Assembly (NCBI RefSeq): GCF_030144855.1
Contig: NC_082726.1
Location: forward strand, 15,066,001 to 15,130,000
From: Hypanus sabinus
Lineage: Eukaryota
Direction: 5' to 3'
DNA: 64,000 nucleotides
Every line of letters starts with the position of its first letter. Positions within the stretch are counted from its first letter, which is position 1. The notes below the pieces were generated by a model. It saw only the letters and a list, made by a program, of their open reading frames with translations. It was not told where the DNA came from and did not search any database. Below are positions 47,421-61,427 of the stretch, piece after piece. A program made the position numbers and the translations under genes.

Positions 47421-48231
47421 TTTTAGCAACAATACTGAAAATCTGAAGTAAAAACATAAATGCAATATTCAACAGCCCCTGAAGGGAGAGGAGCAGTTAA
47501 TTAATGGCCAGCTGCTTGGACCAATGGTTTGGTCAGCCGGTAGAGCCTGTACACACAATCAGAGCATGTGAGCTTGGGTTCCAGCTGTGTTGTCTTCATA
47601 CTGGAACGCTGCTAATCCTAGTTGCCATGAAATTGTGTTAAATCTTTAGCAAATCCACACATAGTCTATCTTGTGGATTTTCTTTCCTCAAATAAAGAGA
47701 ATATATCCTTGGAGCTGAATCCTCATTGAATTCTGGGATTTGGGGATTGTTTGGGAGGAGCAGAGGAAAGAAGATTGGGTGACTTGGCCCTGTCCTTTAT
47801 GTAGTTTGAAAGAATGAGAGGGAATCTTATTTAAATATGCAAGATTTTTGAGAGGGCTTGACAAGCTAGTTACATAATGCAGATTTCACATGGTGTGGGT
47901 CTCGGATTAGAGGGCATTGTGTCATAAAGAGGTCACCGATGAGATGTGGCAAAATTTCTTCATTTGTGTTGTGCATCTTTGAAATTCTCCACTCCAGAGA
48001 TCTGTGAATGTTTAGTCAGTTAAAGCATTCAAGAATAAGTTTTATTTTGGAACACAGTGGAGTTGGGCATTATTGAAAATTCAGCAGAATATCGGAGGAA
48101 TAACCAAAGACGACAAACCACAAGATTGAAGTGCAGAGCTTGCTTAATACATCACGTGTTTCTTACACTTTCACAATCAGAGGAAATTTATCTCTTTTTT
48201 TTAAAGTGAAGGTATTTAACAAATAGTAAAC

Positions 48232-48422
48232 ATGAGGAAATCTGCAGATGCTGGAAATACAAACAACAACAACACACAAAATGCTGGTAGAACACAGCAG
48301 GCTAGGCAGCATCGAGAGGGAGAAGGGTCAGGACGAAGGGTCTCGGCCCGAAACGTCGACAGCGCTTCTCCTAATAGATGCTGCCTAGCCTGCTGTGTTC
48401 TACCAGCATTTTGTGTGTGTTG
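48232..48422. mobile_element. Fold-back Penelope pLTR mini-insertion
   Basis: Perfect inverted arms of about 41 bp; 16 bp direct repeat TTAACAAATAGTAAAC at 48216-48231 and 48423-48438. Confidence 0.8.
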
Positions 48423-49390
48423 TTAACAAATAGTAAACTGAGTTTTGGATAAAAAGTATTTACAACTTTCTGGTGCTTGAAGCACTTCTCATTGAACATT
48501 GACTGGGCTGGGAAAGAAAGGACATAGAGAACATGGTGGCTGAATTCCTTGGGTTCTGGTCCTTGCATATATTGTTCAACTCACTTGAGCATTATTAGTT
48601 AATTTATCATCTGAAATAGTAATGGTTGTGCTAGATGTCCAAATAAATTGGCTACCTCACATATATCTTTAAATAGTGGTGTGGTCCCCTTAATGCAAAC
48701 ATATTTGAATGAGGGAGGCATCCTTTTTTGAAATAATAATTGTGTCTAATTGAGTTTTCAGATTTTTAAAGCAGTGGGAAAATGACACTGAGATTAAATG
48801 CCCGTTTGTAATTTCTACATTGAATAGTTTCTAGTAAAGAAATATAATGAACATTCTGGATAATTGTGATATCCATGGGAAGTCTCACTATTGAAATTGC
48901 AGTACTTGTCTCTGCATGTATGCTCTGTGCTAGCAAACAACTTGGCAGTTTGTTAATCTGTTGTGAAATAAAAATATGTAGTTATGAAATCATGAGGCAC
49001 TGGTAGGCCAAAAATAACTGACACATTAGAAATGCTTTGCATGCAATTGCTTCATGTCCTTTTGTGTTTCCATCTTTGAAATACTTATTGACATTGTATG
49101 TAAACTGTGCTAAAACTGTGTTTCCATTTAGACATAATCTTACAACAGTTAACAATTGCAGATACAAAACTAATTTGCATTTGTTTCCAACATCAACTGT
49201 ACGTGCATGGGAAAAACCTGCAGGATTATAAACAATATATTTTTTTTGCAGCAACTAAGTCACCAGTGTGGGTAGAATGACTGTAGAAACCAGTTTTGTA
49301 AATATAATCACATTTTTTAAATGCCCTAAACAAAATTTATAAGAGTCAATATTCTTGGGACTTGTTTAAACTATTGATTTATTGTTTCAG

Positions 49391-49474
49391 ATACGAACTG
49401 TAACATTAATCCCAGGTGATGGCATTGGCCCAGAGATATCTGAAGCTGTAGTGAAGATTTTTGATGCTGCTGAG
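49391..49474 (+). CDS. IDH3A: IDH3A coding exon 3
   Basis: tttcag / GTAAAT. Encodes [28 protein letters not shown] with the family motif PGDGIGPE. Confidence 0.97.
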
Positions 49475-50234
49475 GTAAATACTTTTCACTCTTTTGTTTA
49501 TTTAATTAAGTGTAGTTATTATATCTATTTAATTGAATAAATATTTAGTATTAATGTAAATGGGTGGTTAATGATCAGCACAGAATTGGTGGGCTGAAAG
49601 GCCTGTATCTGTGGTGTCTGGAGAACTCTGACCAGCTTTCAAATGGCTGTTCAGGTTTTTGTTAGGCATTTGAACAGCACAGTGGTAGTGAGTGCCTCCC
49701 AATGTGTGAACCTGACAAAAAAAACTATTTTTATCATAAACTGCTTGCTAATCTATCTAAAAATAAATTAAACATGCCATGACTTCCACATAATGAAGCC
49801 ACAACACCTTAACTGCTTGTTGAGCTTTGTCAGTCTTTACAGCTGAATGTGACGGGGAACTCCAGAGCACAAGACTTCCCTAAAACACTCTTTGGTGCAA
49901 GACAAATTCTTCAATTTCACTTTTATTTTTGGTACCTGGTAACTTGAGTTGAAGTTTTTTTTTCTATGTTCATCCTAAATTAGGCAAAGACTATACAACC
50001 ACATCTAACCTCCATTATATTCAAATTCTACAGACTAGGTAATGTCTGTAATGCTTGATTTCTTTCTTGGGGTAGGGTTAGAATTCTTTTAAAGGTTAGT
50101 GCATTAAGTTAGTGTACATTTTAATGGGAACAATATGGATAGATGCATTGTTTGCAGCTCTTCAAATAACCAGATACTGAATTCAAACATTGTTTTCACT
50201 TTATTAATGAAATGTGATCATTGCTGCCAAAACC

Positions 50235-52325
50235 ATTAGAACATGGGAGTGTAGCAGTATAGGAACAGGCCTTTCAGCCTGTAATGTGTCAAACTAAATT
50301 AGTAATCAAATGCCAGCATACACTTATCACTTATGCTACACAGATCCATATCTGTCCATTTCCTACACATTCGTATCTTGAATCCCTATTTTATTTGCCT
50401 CCACCACCACCCTGGGCAGAACATTTCAGGCATCCCCCACTGTACAAAAATAAAAAAAAGCTCCGTGCATCTCTTTTGAACTTGGATGCGTGGCCTTTGG
50501 TAGTAGACATTTCATCCCTGTGGATAAAAAGGTCTGGCTGTCTACTCTATCTATGCCTCTCATAAATCTATCCTCAGCCTCCATTGCCCCAGAGAAAATA
50601 GGGGTCTAATCTCTCTATATAACACGATACTCCAGGTGCAGTCTAACTAAAGTTTTATAAAGCTGGTTTTTGAAATTCCTTGACCAATAAAGGCAAGCAT
50701 GCCATGTACCATTTTTACCACTCTATCAACCTGTATAGCCACTTTCAAGGAGCTATGGACTTGGACCCCATTGCTTTACATTTGATCTCCCAAAGTGCAA
50801 AACTTTATATTTGGCTGGGTCAAATTCCATCTCTTTCTGCTGCCAATATCTGCAACTTATCTGTATCCTGCTGTATCCTTTGATGATCTGCAGTATGCAA
50901 AACATTGTTGTGAATTTACTAATGCACCTATCCACATTTTCATCTATGCCATTTATATACATAACAAACAGTAGCAGTCCCAGTACAGATCCCTGCAAAA
51001 CATCATTAGTCACAGACCTCTAAACAGAATAATTCCCATCAACTACTCCTGTATTCTATGGGCAAGGCAATTCTGAATCTAAACAACAAATTCATTGTAG
51101 ATCCTATATATCTTAATCTTATGGTTGAGGGACCATGTCAACCATCTTGTTTAAACTCATGTGGTCAACATGACAACTCTACCCTTGTCAGTCACCTTCA
51201 TATCCTTCTCGAAAAACTCAATCAAGTTAGTAAGACACAACTGCTCTGTCAAAGCTATGCTGCTTGTCCCTAATTAGCCACTGTTTTCCAAATGCTTATA
51301 AATCCTATCCCCAAGAATCCCTTCCACTAATGCCCATACACTGGAATGGGACTCACTGGTCGATAGTTTCCAGGATTATCCTGATTTCCCTTCTTGAATA
51401 AATCAAATTTACTTTCTCACCTTCTGAGATCTTGCCTGTGGCTAGAGAAAGCATGAAGATCTTAGCTAAGGTCCAGCAATCTCATCTCTTGCCTCTCCCA
51501 ATAACCTTGGGTGTATTTCTTCAGGCCCTGGGGCTTGTCCACCTTAATGTTTTGACCCAACATTACCTCTGTTTATCTCAAAGTACCCTTGCAGATTAGT
51601 CTGCTCCACATTGATCTCACTCCTTGGTGAACACTGATACAAAGTACTGATTTAAGGCCACACCCACATCCTCTGCCTCTAAGCTCTGTTCCCTGCTTTA
51701 TCTTTGATTGGTCCTTCCTGCTCCCTTTTTTATCCTCTTGTTCTCGATCTATGTATAGAGAAGCTGGAGGTTCTCTTTAATTCTACTTTTCAAGTACTTT
51801 TAATGGACCCTCCTGGCTTTCCTAATTATTTATTGCAGTTCTTTGCTGGCTTTCTTATAATCCTCAAGTGCCCGGTTTGATTTTAGCTTCCTAAACCTTA
51901 CATACTCTGCCTTTCTCTTCTTGACTAAATTTGCCACCTCTCTTGACATTCAGGGTTCCTTTACTTTGTGTTCCTTGTCCTTCCTTCCTTACTGGAACGT
52001 TCCTATCCTGTGTTCTGTGCAGTTGATCTTTATACAGCCTCCATGTGTCAGATGAGGACTTACCAAAACAAAGCTCTTCCCGATTTCCCTAGTTCTTGCC
52101 CAATCCTCTCATAATTTGCCCTGCTCTTCTGAATGCTTCATACTTGTGTTTATCTATAACTAACTTCAAATTTAAGGAGACACTATCACTGTTCCCTAAT
52201 TGTTCTCCTGCTGAAAGGTCAATCACCTGGCCAGACTCATTACCCAACACCAGGTCCAATATGGCCTGTTCTCTTGTTGAGCTAAATACATATTGATATA
52301 AGAAACACTCCTGGATACACCTAAC
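50235..52325 (-). mobile_element. Decayed CR1 LINE
   Basis: Minus-strand DVLQGSVLGLLLFVMYINGIDENV...EFDPAKYKVLHFGRSN; heavily mutated. Confidence 0.8.
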
Positions 52326-52977
52326 AAACTTCTGTTTCTTCCTATCTTGCTTAATTGTCCTTGTGAAGATGGTGGTGATTAGCTCTCTTGAACCACTGCA
52401 AACCTTCCATTATAACTTCTTCCATAACTGAAGAAGTTAGTTATCTAGTGATAGGTCTCATATGGTGTAGATAGGGAAAGTGGAATCATCTGCAATTGCA
52501 GAAAGATCAGGTAATAAACTTGAGCTGATATGGAAGAACATGCTTGATCCACAAATGCCAGGCAACCGTACTACCATTGCAAAATCCCCAGTGTTAGTAT
52601 ACTGGTGTGTTTCTTCTATTGCCCTTTGCATGCAGTGTCATGTTTAATGGTTATGCTTAAAGGTTTAAGACTTTTTCGTAACCCTCCATTTTGTGTTTCC
52701 TCATCTATCTTTTCATATTATGTATGTGCTTTATTACAAACATTTTATTTCACAAGTTCTGAGTGTTAACTGCTTCCATCTCCACTGATTCTGCTTAACC
52801 TCTTCAGTGCTTCTAGTATTTTGTTCTAGTTTTTGTTGTGTGTAGTTCAAGCAATTAATGAAATTTGCTTCCTTCAGTCTAAGCACATGAATTGGGGTGC
52901 AGTGGGAGAACTGAAGAGCAATTAAAGTTGTTACTACAAAATTCAAGTAATTTTCTCAAATTCCTTGCATTTTCAAG

Positions 52978-53092
52978 GCTCCCATTCGTTGGGAGGAGAG
53001 GACTGTGACGGCCATTCAAACATCAAGTGGAAAATGGATTATTCCTCCAGAAGCTAAAGAATCAATGGATGCAAACAAAATTGGATTGAAAG
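52978..53092 (+). CDS. IDH3A: IDH3A coding exon 4
   Basis: ttcaag / GTGCAT, 115 nt. Encodes [38 protein letters not shown]. Confidence 0.96.
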
Positions 53093-53439
53093 GTGCATAG
53101 TAGGTGCTGGTGCTGAAACACTAGTGACTTGTGTCTTGCTTAAGTAGATGTGAGTTCAAAGTGAATTCCAAAAACTAGTCTCCAAAGATTCACTATGCAG
53201 ACAGAAGTAGTGAGTTCTGAGTCAAGGAGAGATACCAAGCCTGAGCAGACAACCATCCATTTAATTCTAGTCCTATTTCTTTTAAATACTGTTTTTATGT
53301 AGGACTAAATAAAGCCCTTTGGGTCTCAATGAGGGTATATAAAGATCCTGTGGCACTGTTTTTGCTATTTTGATGAGGGGAATTACTTAGGAATAAAATG
53401 ATCATTATCTGGTTATTATGTGCTTATCTAAGAGTTCAT

Positions 53440-53940
53440 AAATGCCCTTAATGTATCTGTCTCTATCATCAACCCTTGCACTCACCACTATGTAAAGAAC
53501 TCAACTGTAGCATTCCCCCCCTCCCCCCCCCCCCATACTTTCCTCCAAAAACCTTAGTTATGTCCCCTGGTATTAGCCATTTCCACCCTGGGGAAAATGT
53601 CTTGACGATCCACTTGATTGATCTATGCCTCTTATCAACTTGTACACCTCGATCATGTCACCTCTCATCCTTCTTTGCTCAAAAGGGAAAAGCTGTAGCT
53701 CACTCAACCTATGTTGAGGTTCTCTAATCCAGGCAACATCCCATAATATGACATGTTCTCTAAGCCAGGCAACATCCTGGGAAATCATCTCTACACCCTC
53801 CCTTTAGTTCTACATTCTTCCTATAAAGTGACCAGAAATTAGCACAATAATCCAAATGTGGTCTAACCAGAGTATTATAGAGTTGCAACATAACACTGTG
53901 GCTCTTAAACTCAATCCCCTGACTAATGAAGGCCAACAAG
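53440..53940 (-). mobile_element. CR1 LINE 3' fragments
   Basis: LFPFEQRRMRGDMIEVYKLIRGID on the minus strand. Confidence 0.75.
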
Positions 53941-54343
53941 GCATACTCCTTATCTTGTGCAGCACCTTTGGGGATGTTGGACTCTTGGATCCTGTTCCTT
54001 CACACTGCCTTCAAATTGGACCTTACAAAGTTAATCACTTCACTTGTGTGCTACTTTTGGGGAAACATCTGATGCATTTGCTGTAGTCCAACGATAATTA
54101 CAATTTTTAAAAAAACATTAGTTAGAGCATTTTGGTTGAATCTTGAAATTTAAAAGGAACATTGTAAATGTAATTTTTGTTGTGGGAGAAGTAACCCTGG
54201 ACTCCACTTTGATAGTTGAGTGTGCCCTTCTTCATGTTGTTTCATTTTATTGATGCTTTCCTGTACTCTGCAGCCTCCACCTTCATAAGAAAATGGGCAG
54301 ATCAGCTTTATTATTGCATTCCTAAACTGGAACTGAATATCTA

Positions 54344-55056
54344 TGTAACTCCCTGGGTCGCCTCAGGCTCGCTCAGCTCGTTCTCGTCTAGGGGGAGCAG
54401 CCTTCGGCCCCGTCAAACTGGGTAATCAGCTGGTGTGGATGCTGTGTGATGTCCCCGCCTCGCCCAAAAACAGACAGTACACCATATGCGATTAAATGAG
54501 TACAATTTATAAAGGTTACTATAACTAAGTGATTAATAATGATACAGTATATATGAAGAGAAAAAAAATAAAGAAAAGGCGCCAAACTTATCAAAGTCCA
54601 AACCACTTCGTGCACAACCGTTGGAGCTCAATTACTGAAGTCTTCTGGCCACCATTCGATCCCCTCCGAACTCCTCGACTTGCAGCTCAGGACCCTCCGA
54701 GTGGTCAACCAAGCACATCTAGCTTCATCCCCCCCTCCTCGGGGTACCTCCTGGCCTCAGACCCCCGCTTGGGGTCCGTTCCTCGCCCAGTTTACAGCAT
54801 TGCGTCCTCTCTCTCAACCCCCTCACGCCGATCTGCCCAAAAGCCCGTCAACAAAAGCTTACAGACTCAGAAGAAAGAACATTAATCCCCATTTGGTTTA
54901 CAAAGGAATACAATTCTTGTTATCAGTAAATTTTAACCCAAACAAGCTTCCAGCACTCTCTTGCAACAAAGGAACATTCCTGCTTTTAACAAAACAAAGA
55001 AGCCATTTTGATTACATACACAGTAACAAAGAAAAAAAGAAGAAACCCCCTTTACA
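54344..55056. mobile_element. Solo LTR, copy A
   Basis: TGTAA...TTACA termini; 4 bp TSD TCTA (54340-54343, 55057-55060); near-identical to 61428-62137. Confidence 0.88.
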
Positions 55057-55419
55057 TCTAAAACTATAAGGATTGCAGACTTGGTCAATACTTCTAAATA
55101 TCAGCTCAAAATCTTCTAATGCTTTTAACTAATCATTTTGTCTTCCATTTTTGTTTGTGCTTTGTCCTATTGAAAAGTACTTTGAATTACATTATTTATG
55201 ATGAGTGCTCTATAAATAATTAATTATGAATTAATAATTTATAAATTCATTCAATTCTCTTTAAGCTTGTTTGTAACTTAGACATGGGCAAAATTTTTTA
55301 TAGAGTTATTTCCATTGTAGATTTAATAGGTTCCTGTTGCTTTTTAAATGATTGAGAAAGTTTGTGTAGATTATAACAATAACCTCAGATTTATCATAAT
55401 TGGAACTTGCTTGAATAAA

Positions 55420-56163
55420 AGCATTGGTAGGGCATTGAAGAATGCAGTAGAACAGAGTGATCTAGGAATAATGGTGCATAGTTCCCTGAAGGTGGAATCT
55501 CATGTGAATAGGGTGGTGAAGAAAGCTTTTGGTATGCTGGCCTTTATAAATCAGAGCATTGAGTATAGGAGTTGAGATGTAATGTTAAAATTGTACAAGG
55601 CATTGGTAAGGCCAAATTTGGAGTATTGTGTACAGTTCTGGTCACCGAATTACAGTATAGGAAAGATGTCAACAAAATAGAGAGAGTACAGAGGAGATTT
55701 ACTAGAATGTTACCTGGGTTTCAGCACCTAAGTTACAGAGAAAGGTTGAACAAGTTAGGTCTTTATTCTTTGGAGTGTAGAAGGTTGAGGGGGGACTTGA
55801 TAGAGGTATTTAAAATTATGAGGGGGATAGATAGAGTTGACGTTGATAGGCTTTTTCCATTGAGAGTAGTGGAGATTCAAACAAGAGGACATGAATTGAG
55901 AGGGGGCAAAAGTTTAGGGGTAACACGAGGGGGAATTTCTTTACTCAGAGTGTTAGCTGGGTGGAACGAGCTTCCAGTAGAAGTGGTAGACGCAGGTTCG
56001 ATATTGTCATTTAAAGTAAAATTGGATAGGTATATGGACAGGAAAGGAATGGAGGGTTATGGGCTGAGTGCAGGTCGGTGGGACCAGGTGGGAGTAAGCG
56101 TTTGGCACGGACTAGAAGGGCCAAGATGGCCTGTTTCCGTGCTGTAATTGTTATATGGTTATA
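55420..56163 (+). mobile_element. CR1 LINE 3' end
   Basis: ERVQRRFTRMLPGFQHLSYRERLNKLGLYSLECRRLRGDLIEVFKIM; tail ttgttatatggttata. Confidence 0.92.
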
Positions 56164-56867
56164 AAGACTTGTTTTTTATAACTGCCTGTAGTATTGTTTT
56201 GAATTGTATTTCAAACTTTGGTTCTTAAAATCAGCATGATTTTAAAAAGGCCAGAAATTGTCTTTCATTTTTCTCATCTACAGGCCTGGGCCACTGTGGC
56301 TGTTTCTATCCTTGTTTATTCTATTATACTGATTCAGCTTAGTAGTTACTACTGTGATACTTTCTTAAGCAGGTGTGGCAGTCCATGTCTGAAAGATGAA
56401 GACGTGGATAAGATCTGAGTGTGGATAGATTGGTAGCAAGTAAAATCATGCCATCTGCCAGATAATAATTGACTATAACTGTTTGAACTTGATATTCAAT
56501 GTTGTCATTGCCAAGTCACCTTTCATTAACATTACTGGGTATCACCATTAATGAGAAATTTAACTGGACTAACAATAACTGCTGTGATGGCTACAGAGGC
56601 TGTATATCCTGTATCAAGTGAGTTGATTTCTGACATATCAAAATCTTTTTACAATATATAAGGCACAGTTCAGGAGTGTAATGAGATCATCTCCCCTTGC
56701 CTGAACGAGTGCAGTTCCAGCTCTGAAGCTCAGAAACTGTACCACCCATGCCATACGAATCCTGTTGCTTGGCACCCCAGTTTGGATTCTAATTATTACC
56801 TGCACCATCTGCAAAATAAACTGTAGTTACTCACCTGGCAAACTTGCAGCCACTATTGCAAAGGATA

Positions 56868-57700
56868 AGTTCAAAGCTCAAAGTAAATTTATTAGTGAAG
56901 TACATGTATATCACCATATATAATGCTGAGATTTGTTTTCTTGGGGGCATTCTCGGTAGAATCAATGGAATACCACATCCAGCGGAATCAATGAGCAACC
57001 AATGTCCACAGACAACAAACTGTAAATACAAAAGAGAAAATAAAGTAAATAAGCAATAAATATTTGAACATGAGATGAAGACTCCTTGAAAGTGATTCCA
57101 TAGGGTGTGGAAACAGTTCAGTGATTGGACATGTGGGATTGAATAAAGTTATCCCTATTGGTTCAAGGGCCCAATGGTTGGGGGATATTAACTGTTCCTG
57201 AATCTGGTATTGTAAGTGCAGCGAGAAGAGAACGTGACCTGAATGGTTGGGGTCTCTGATGGATTTCCTGTGACAGTGCTCTGTATCGGTGTGCTCAATG
57301 GAGGGGAGGGCTTTACCAAGATGGACTGAGTTTACTTTTTGTATGATTATCCATTCAAGGGCATTGGTATTTCCAAGCCAGGCTGTGATGCAGCCAGTTA
57401 ATACATTGCACCACACATCTATTGAAGATGGTTAAAGTTGTAGATGGGATGCCAAAACCTTGCAAACTTTTAAGGAGGTAGAGGAACTGTCATGCTTTCT
57501 TCGTAATTGGACTTGGGTGCTACATCCTCTGAAATGGTTACACTGAGGAATTTAAAGTTGCTGACCCTCTCCACCTTTGATACCCAATGAGGACTGGCTC
57601 TTGGCCCTCTGGTTTTCTCTTCCTGAAGTCAGTAATCAGCTCCTTGGTCTTCCTGACATTGAGAGGTTATTATTATTGCACCACTCAGCCAGATCAGCAA
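56868..57700 (-). mobile_element. Rex1/Babar-type LINE 3' fragments
   Basis: Antisense tail ttcaaagctcaaagtaaatttatt; minus-strand LTGCITAWLGN. Inserted in an older LINE remnant (about 56480-57870). Confidence 0.7.
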
Positions 57701-58043
57701 GTACATTAGAAAATCAGCACCTCCAGGTTCTGAGTTGCACACCATTCTGCTTAGAAATGTATCAAAAACCTTCCATTCTCATTGGTTCTAAATCCTGGAA
57801 ATCCTTATCCAATGGCCGTGTGGAAGTCTCCAGAGGGAAGGTGATTCTGCACAAGGACATTTAGAAAGGATAATATTCTGCCTTTAATTATTATTTAAGA
57901 AAAAAAACTAAAAGGAAGATGAGATAACATTTGTTATATTTTTAGAATATTTTGATGTCTGCAATTTCTCTTGACCTTGTGTAATTAATTACTATTGATA
58001 TATTTTGCTGGGCAATATTTAATAGCCAGTTTTAAACTTGCAG

Positions 58044-58231
58044 GACCCTTGAAGACTCCAATTGCAGCCGGGCATCCTTCAATGAATTTGCTACTTCGTA
58101 AGACCTTTGACCTTTACGCAAATGTGCGCCCTTGCGTATCAATTGAAGGTTTTGAGACTCCATATAGTAACGTGAATCTTGTTACGATTAGGGAGAACAC
58201 AGAAGGTGAATATAGTGGCATAGAACATGTG
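58044..58231 (+). CDS. IDH3A: IDH3A coding exon 5
   Basis: ttgcag / GTAAGT, 188 nt. Encodes [63 protein letters not shown]. Confidence 0.97.
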
Positions 58232-58879
58232 GTAAGTTAGTTTTTGAATAATGTGATTTAGTTTTACCTTTGGAATGTGACTAATGCTATCTAGGAGGGC
58301 GCATATTGTCTGCTTATTCTAATATACTGAGTTTACTGTTTGAATCACCACCACCTTTGAGCTAATTGCACAACCACCACATGTTGGAAATGTGAGACAG
58401 TGATTAAATGAGCATTACTGTGCGCACTGGGGGAAAATTTGGAAGTAATGTGTTATAACAACATTATTCTTTCCAGCCATTGAAATAATGGTTACAAACA
58501 GAGGTGCAGCAGAAATTAAGTTTAAATGTATCTGTGGATATTATGCACGTTGGTCGTTTCAGAAGGGGTTGAGGGTCGATTCAAAGACCAATAGCATGAA
58601 TCAGTCAATCAAGTTGCCTTATTCTGGTTTATGCAATGCTTCAAATGTACCCGTGTATATAAACAGTGAAATCATATCCAAGTTTTCACTTGCCTTATAG
58701 TGGTGGGGTGGGTTTTGGGGCTCGAGTGTCCAGCTTCCCTCATATTGGCTCCCCATCAGCTAGTCAATACTGATCCCTGACACATTTTCTCTCACTGGAA
58801 GATTCTACAACAGCAATGCATTTAGAAAGTGTTGGGGCGATGACTGGGCTCCCTGTCTCAAATTAATTGAGCCTCATCT

Positions 58880-59070
58880 GATAGTTCAGGAGGATAAAAA
58901 AGACCCATCATATTTAGAATAATGCTGATAGTTATCTCTCACTTCCTGGCCAATGTTTAGCCTTCAATCAACCTTTATAAAATTGGTTGGTCATTATCAC
59001 ATTGTTTGCAGGAGCTTGGTGTGCGTGCATTTGCTATCTTTTATTAATATATCACAATAATGATTATACC
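58880..59070 (+). mobile_element. Ancient Deu-domain SINE remnant
   Basis: ggtcattatcacattgtttgcaggagcttggtgtgcg resembles the recalled DeuSINE central domain. Confidence 0.45.
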
Positions 59071-59862
59071 TAAGAAGGGCACCGTATCACAAAATAAAAA
59101 GATATGAAGGATACTATACAAATTTTAGCCTCCACATTCACATTTGGTAGGTTGCTGTTGCAACACTAAAGTTATCTATTCTTGATTACGCTTTGCCATT
59201 TAGACCTTGCGTTTACTTTGGGTGAAATTCTGAACCAGTAAATGAACAAGTATCCAGACGTCCAAAGGGACTTGGAGGGGAGACAATTTCAAAGGGAAGC
59301 CTGACACAATATTTTTTTTAAGAGAAGAACAATATATTTTTAAAAAGAGCTGGCTTTGTCTTTCCTTTGTTGGTGCAGATTTACTTCTCACGGTAAATAA
59401 AAGCAGAGATGAATACTTTGATTGCAAAGTAGAGGTGACCCCCACCTCCATGTAATAGCTGTTCTGGTGATAGAAAGTTGCCCTTCAGAAATTTGAGATG
59501 TAACGTATTCAAGACAATAGACAAAGAACTTGCTCTGTACTCCAAGTGTCATGGGTACCATTGGTACATGGCGGCTTGCAGAGCTAATCGTCTTCCCTTG
59601 TAATGAGTATGGAAGTTTGTGAGTCACTGAGGTTGAGACAGTGTGGGGGCTGGAGATGTCAATTGTAGTTCTTACTCTGATCAATCTTGCTTGTCATTTC
59701 ATCCCTTTTGAGAGACTTCTTCATTACATAATCATTCTACGTGTACTTTGTTGAATTGTGTGCTGAAGTATACTTTCAAATACCATAAGTGTGGCATGGT
59801 AGAGCATCAGTTCACTGTGGTATACCATGTCACTTAGCAGAAGGGGTGGGAGGAAGAAGAAG

Positions 59863-60361
59863 TCAAGTCAAGTCACTTTTTATTGTCATTTTGACTATAA
59901 CTGCTGATACAGTACATAGTAAAAACGAGACAACGTTTTTCTGGACCATGGTGCTACATGAAACAATACAAAAACTACACTGAGCTACATAAAAACAACA
60001 CAGGAAAAAAAACTACACTAGACTACAGACCTATCCAGGACTGCATAAAGTGCACAAAACAGTGCAGGCATTACAATAAATAATAAACAAGATAATAGGC
60101 ACAGTAGAGGGCAGTAAGTTGGTGTCAGTCCAGTCTCTGGGTATTGAGGAGTCTGATGGCTTGGGGGAAGAAACTGTTACATTGACTGGTTGTGAGAGCT
60201 GGAATGCTTCGGTGCCTTTTCCCAGATGGCAGGAGGAGAAGAGTTTGTATGAGGGGTGCGTGAGGTCCTTCATAATGCTGTTTGTTTTGCCGATGCAGTG
60301 TGAGATATAAATGTCTGTAAAGGCGGGGAGAGAGACCCCGATGATCTCAGCTGACCTCGCT
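59863..60361 (-). mobile_element. Rex1/Babar-type LINE 3' end with TSD
   Basis: Antisense (TCAAG)n tail; minus-strand RSAEIIGVSLP...IMKDLTHPSYKLF; AAGAAGAAG at 59854-59862 and 60362-60370. Confidence 0.8.
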
Positions 60362-61062
60362 AAGAAGAAGAGAGCACTGGACGAGTGCTGATTGTTAAAG
60401 AAGTAGAGAGAAAATGGCTGTATCACCATTATGTTTGCCTAAAGATGACCAGTAAAGATAAATTTGGCATCTCTACTGTTGTTTTGAATAGCAGGTCAGG
60501 TTACCAGTTTTGCATGTCTCAGCTCTGTATCCCTTCTGGAAGTACTAAAGAGAGTCTTGCGCTCTCTAAGAATCAGTGGATATCAAATTTGGGTACAAAA
60601 CAGTAAGTCATTGAATAGCGTGGTTGATAAATCAGGTCGGTCATATTCTCAGCTGTGCAGAAAATGCATCAGTTCTGGCCAATGCCAGCAGAACTAATTC
60701 TGGCAACACAGGCCATCGAGGCACTGGAAAGAGTCTGACCTAGAAAGTAAAATGTTCCAGGGTATCATGTAATGTCCTTTACAAATAATATGTGCCGGTA
60801 GGTGTAAGGAGCAAATAAAATGGTGCTCTGGTTTAATGTTCAGTACAGTTCAGAGATACTTACAACTAATATTTACAATCCTTTTCAAAAAAAAAATTCA
60901 AAAATTGTTGGGTAGATAGGAAATGGTTAAGATGAAGTTATTTCTGTTGCAGCTGTTATTTGGCTTCCAGAATTCATCTAGATTTACTGTTCCAAAAAAA
61001 AACCTTATCTGATTAGTGAGCAGTCTGTAAACATTTTGTGTGACTTTTTGCCCATGTTGCAG

Positions 61063-61196
61063 ATTGTCGAAGGGGTGGTCCAGAGTATTAAACTGATCAC
61101 AGAGGATGCCAGCAGGCGGATTGCAGAGTTTGCTTTTGAATATTCACGGAACAATAAGAGGAATATGGTCACAGCCGTGCATAAGGCCAACATCAT
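61063..61196 (+). CDS. IDH3A: IDH3A coding exon 6 (gene continues beyond window)
   Basis: ttgcag / GTAAGT, 134 nt. Encodes [44 protein letters not shown](M). Confidence 0.97.
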
Positions 61197-61427
61197 GTAA
61201 GTGGAATGGAATGAGTTTCAATGCGAAGGAGCATGTTGGGAGCTCCTTGTGTTTAATTTGCTATATACAGTTGCCATGATTTGCTTATCTGACACAGTAG
61301 TAGATGATTGTGGATGAAAAGGGTTGAAGCCCATGATGACGACCAGAGTAGCCACTGTACTTCAATTGGGCCAGAAACTTGTTGTGAAGCCCTCCTTATT
61401 TAATGAGGACAGATCTGTGCATATAAG

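Noticed and set aside
54529-54885. Duplicated ORF (also 61692-61967) as a novel gene pair
   Set aside because: Both lie inside the solo LTR copies, so their similarity reflects the repeat.
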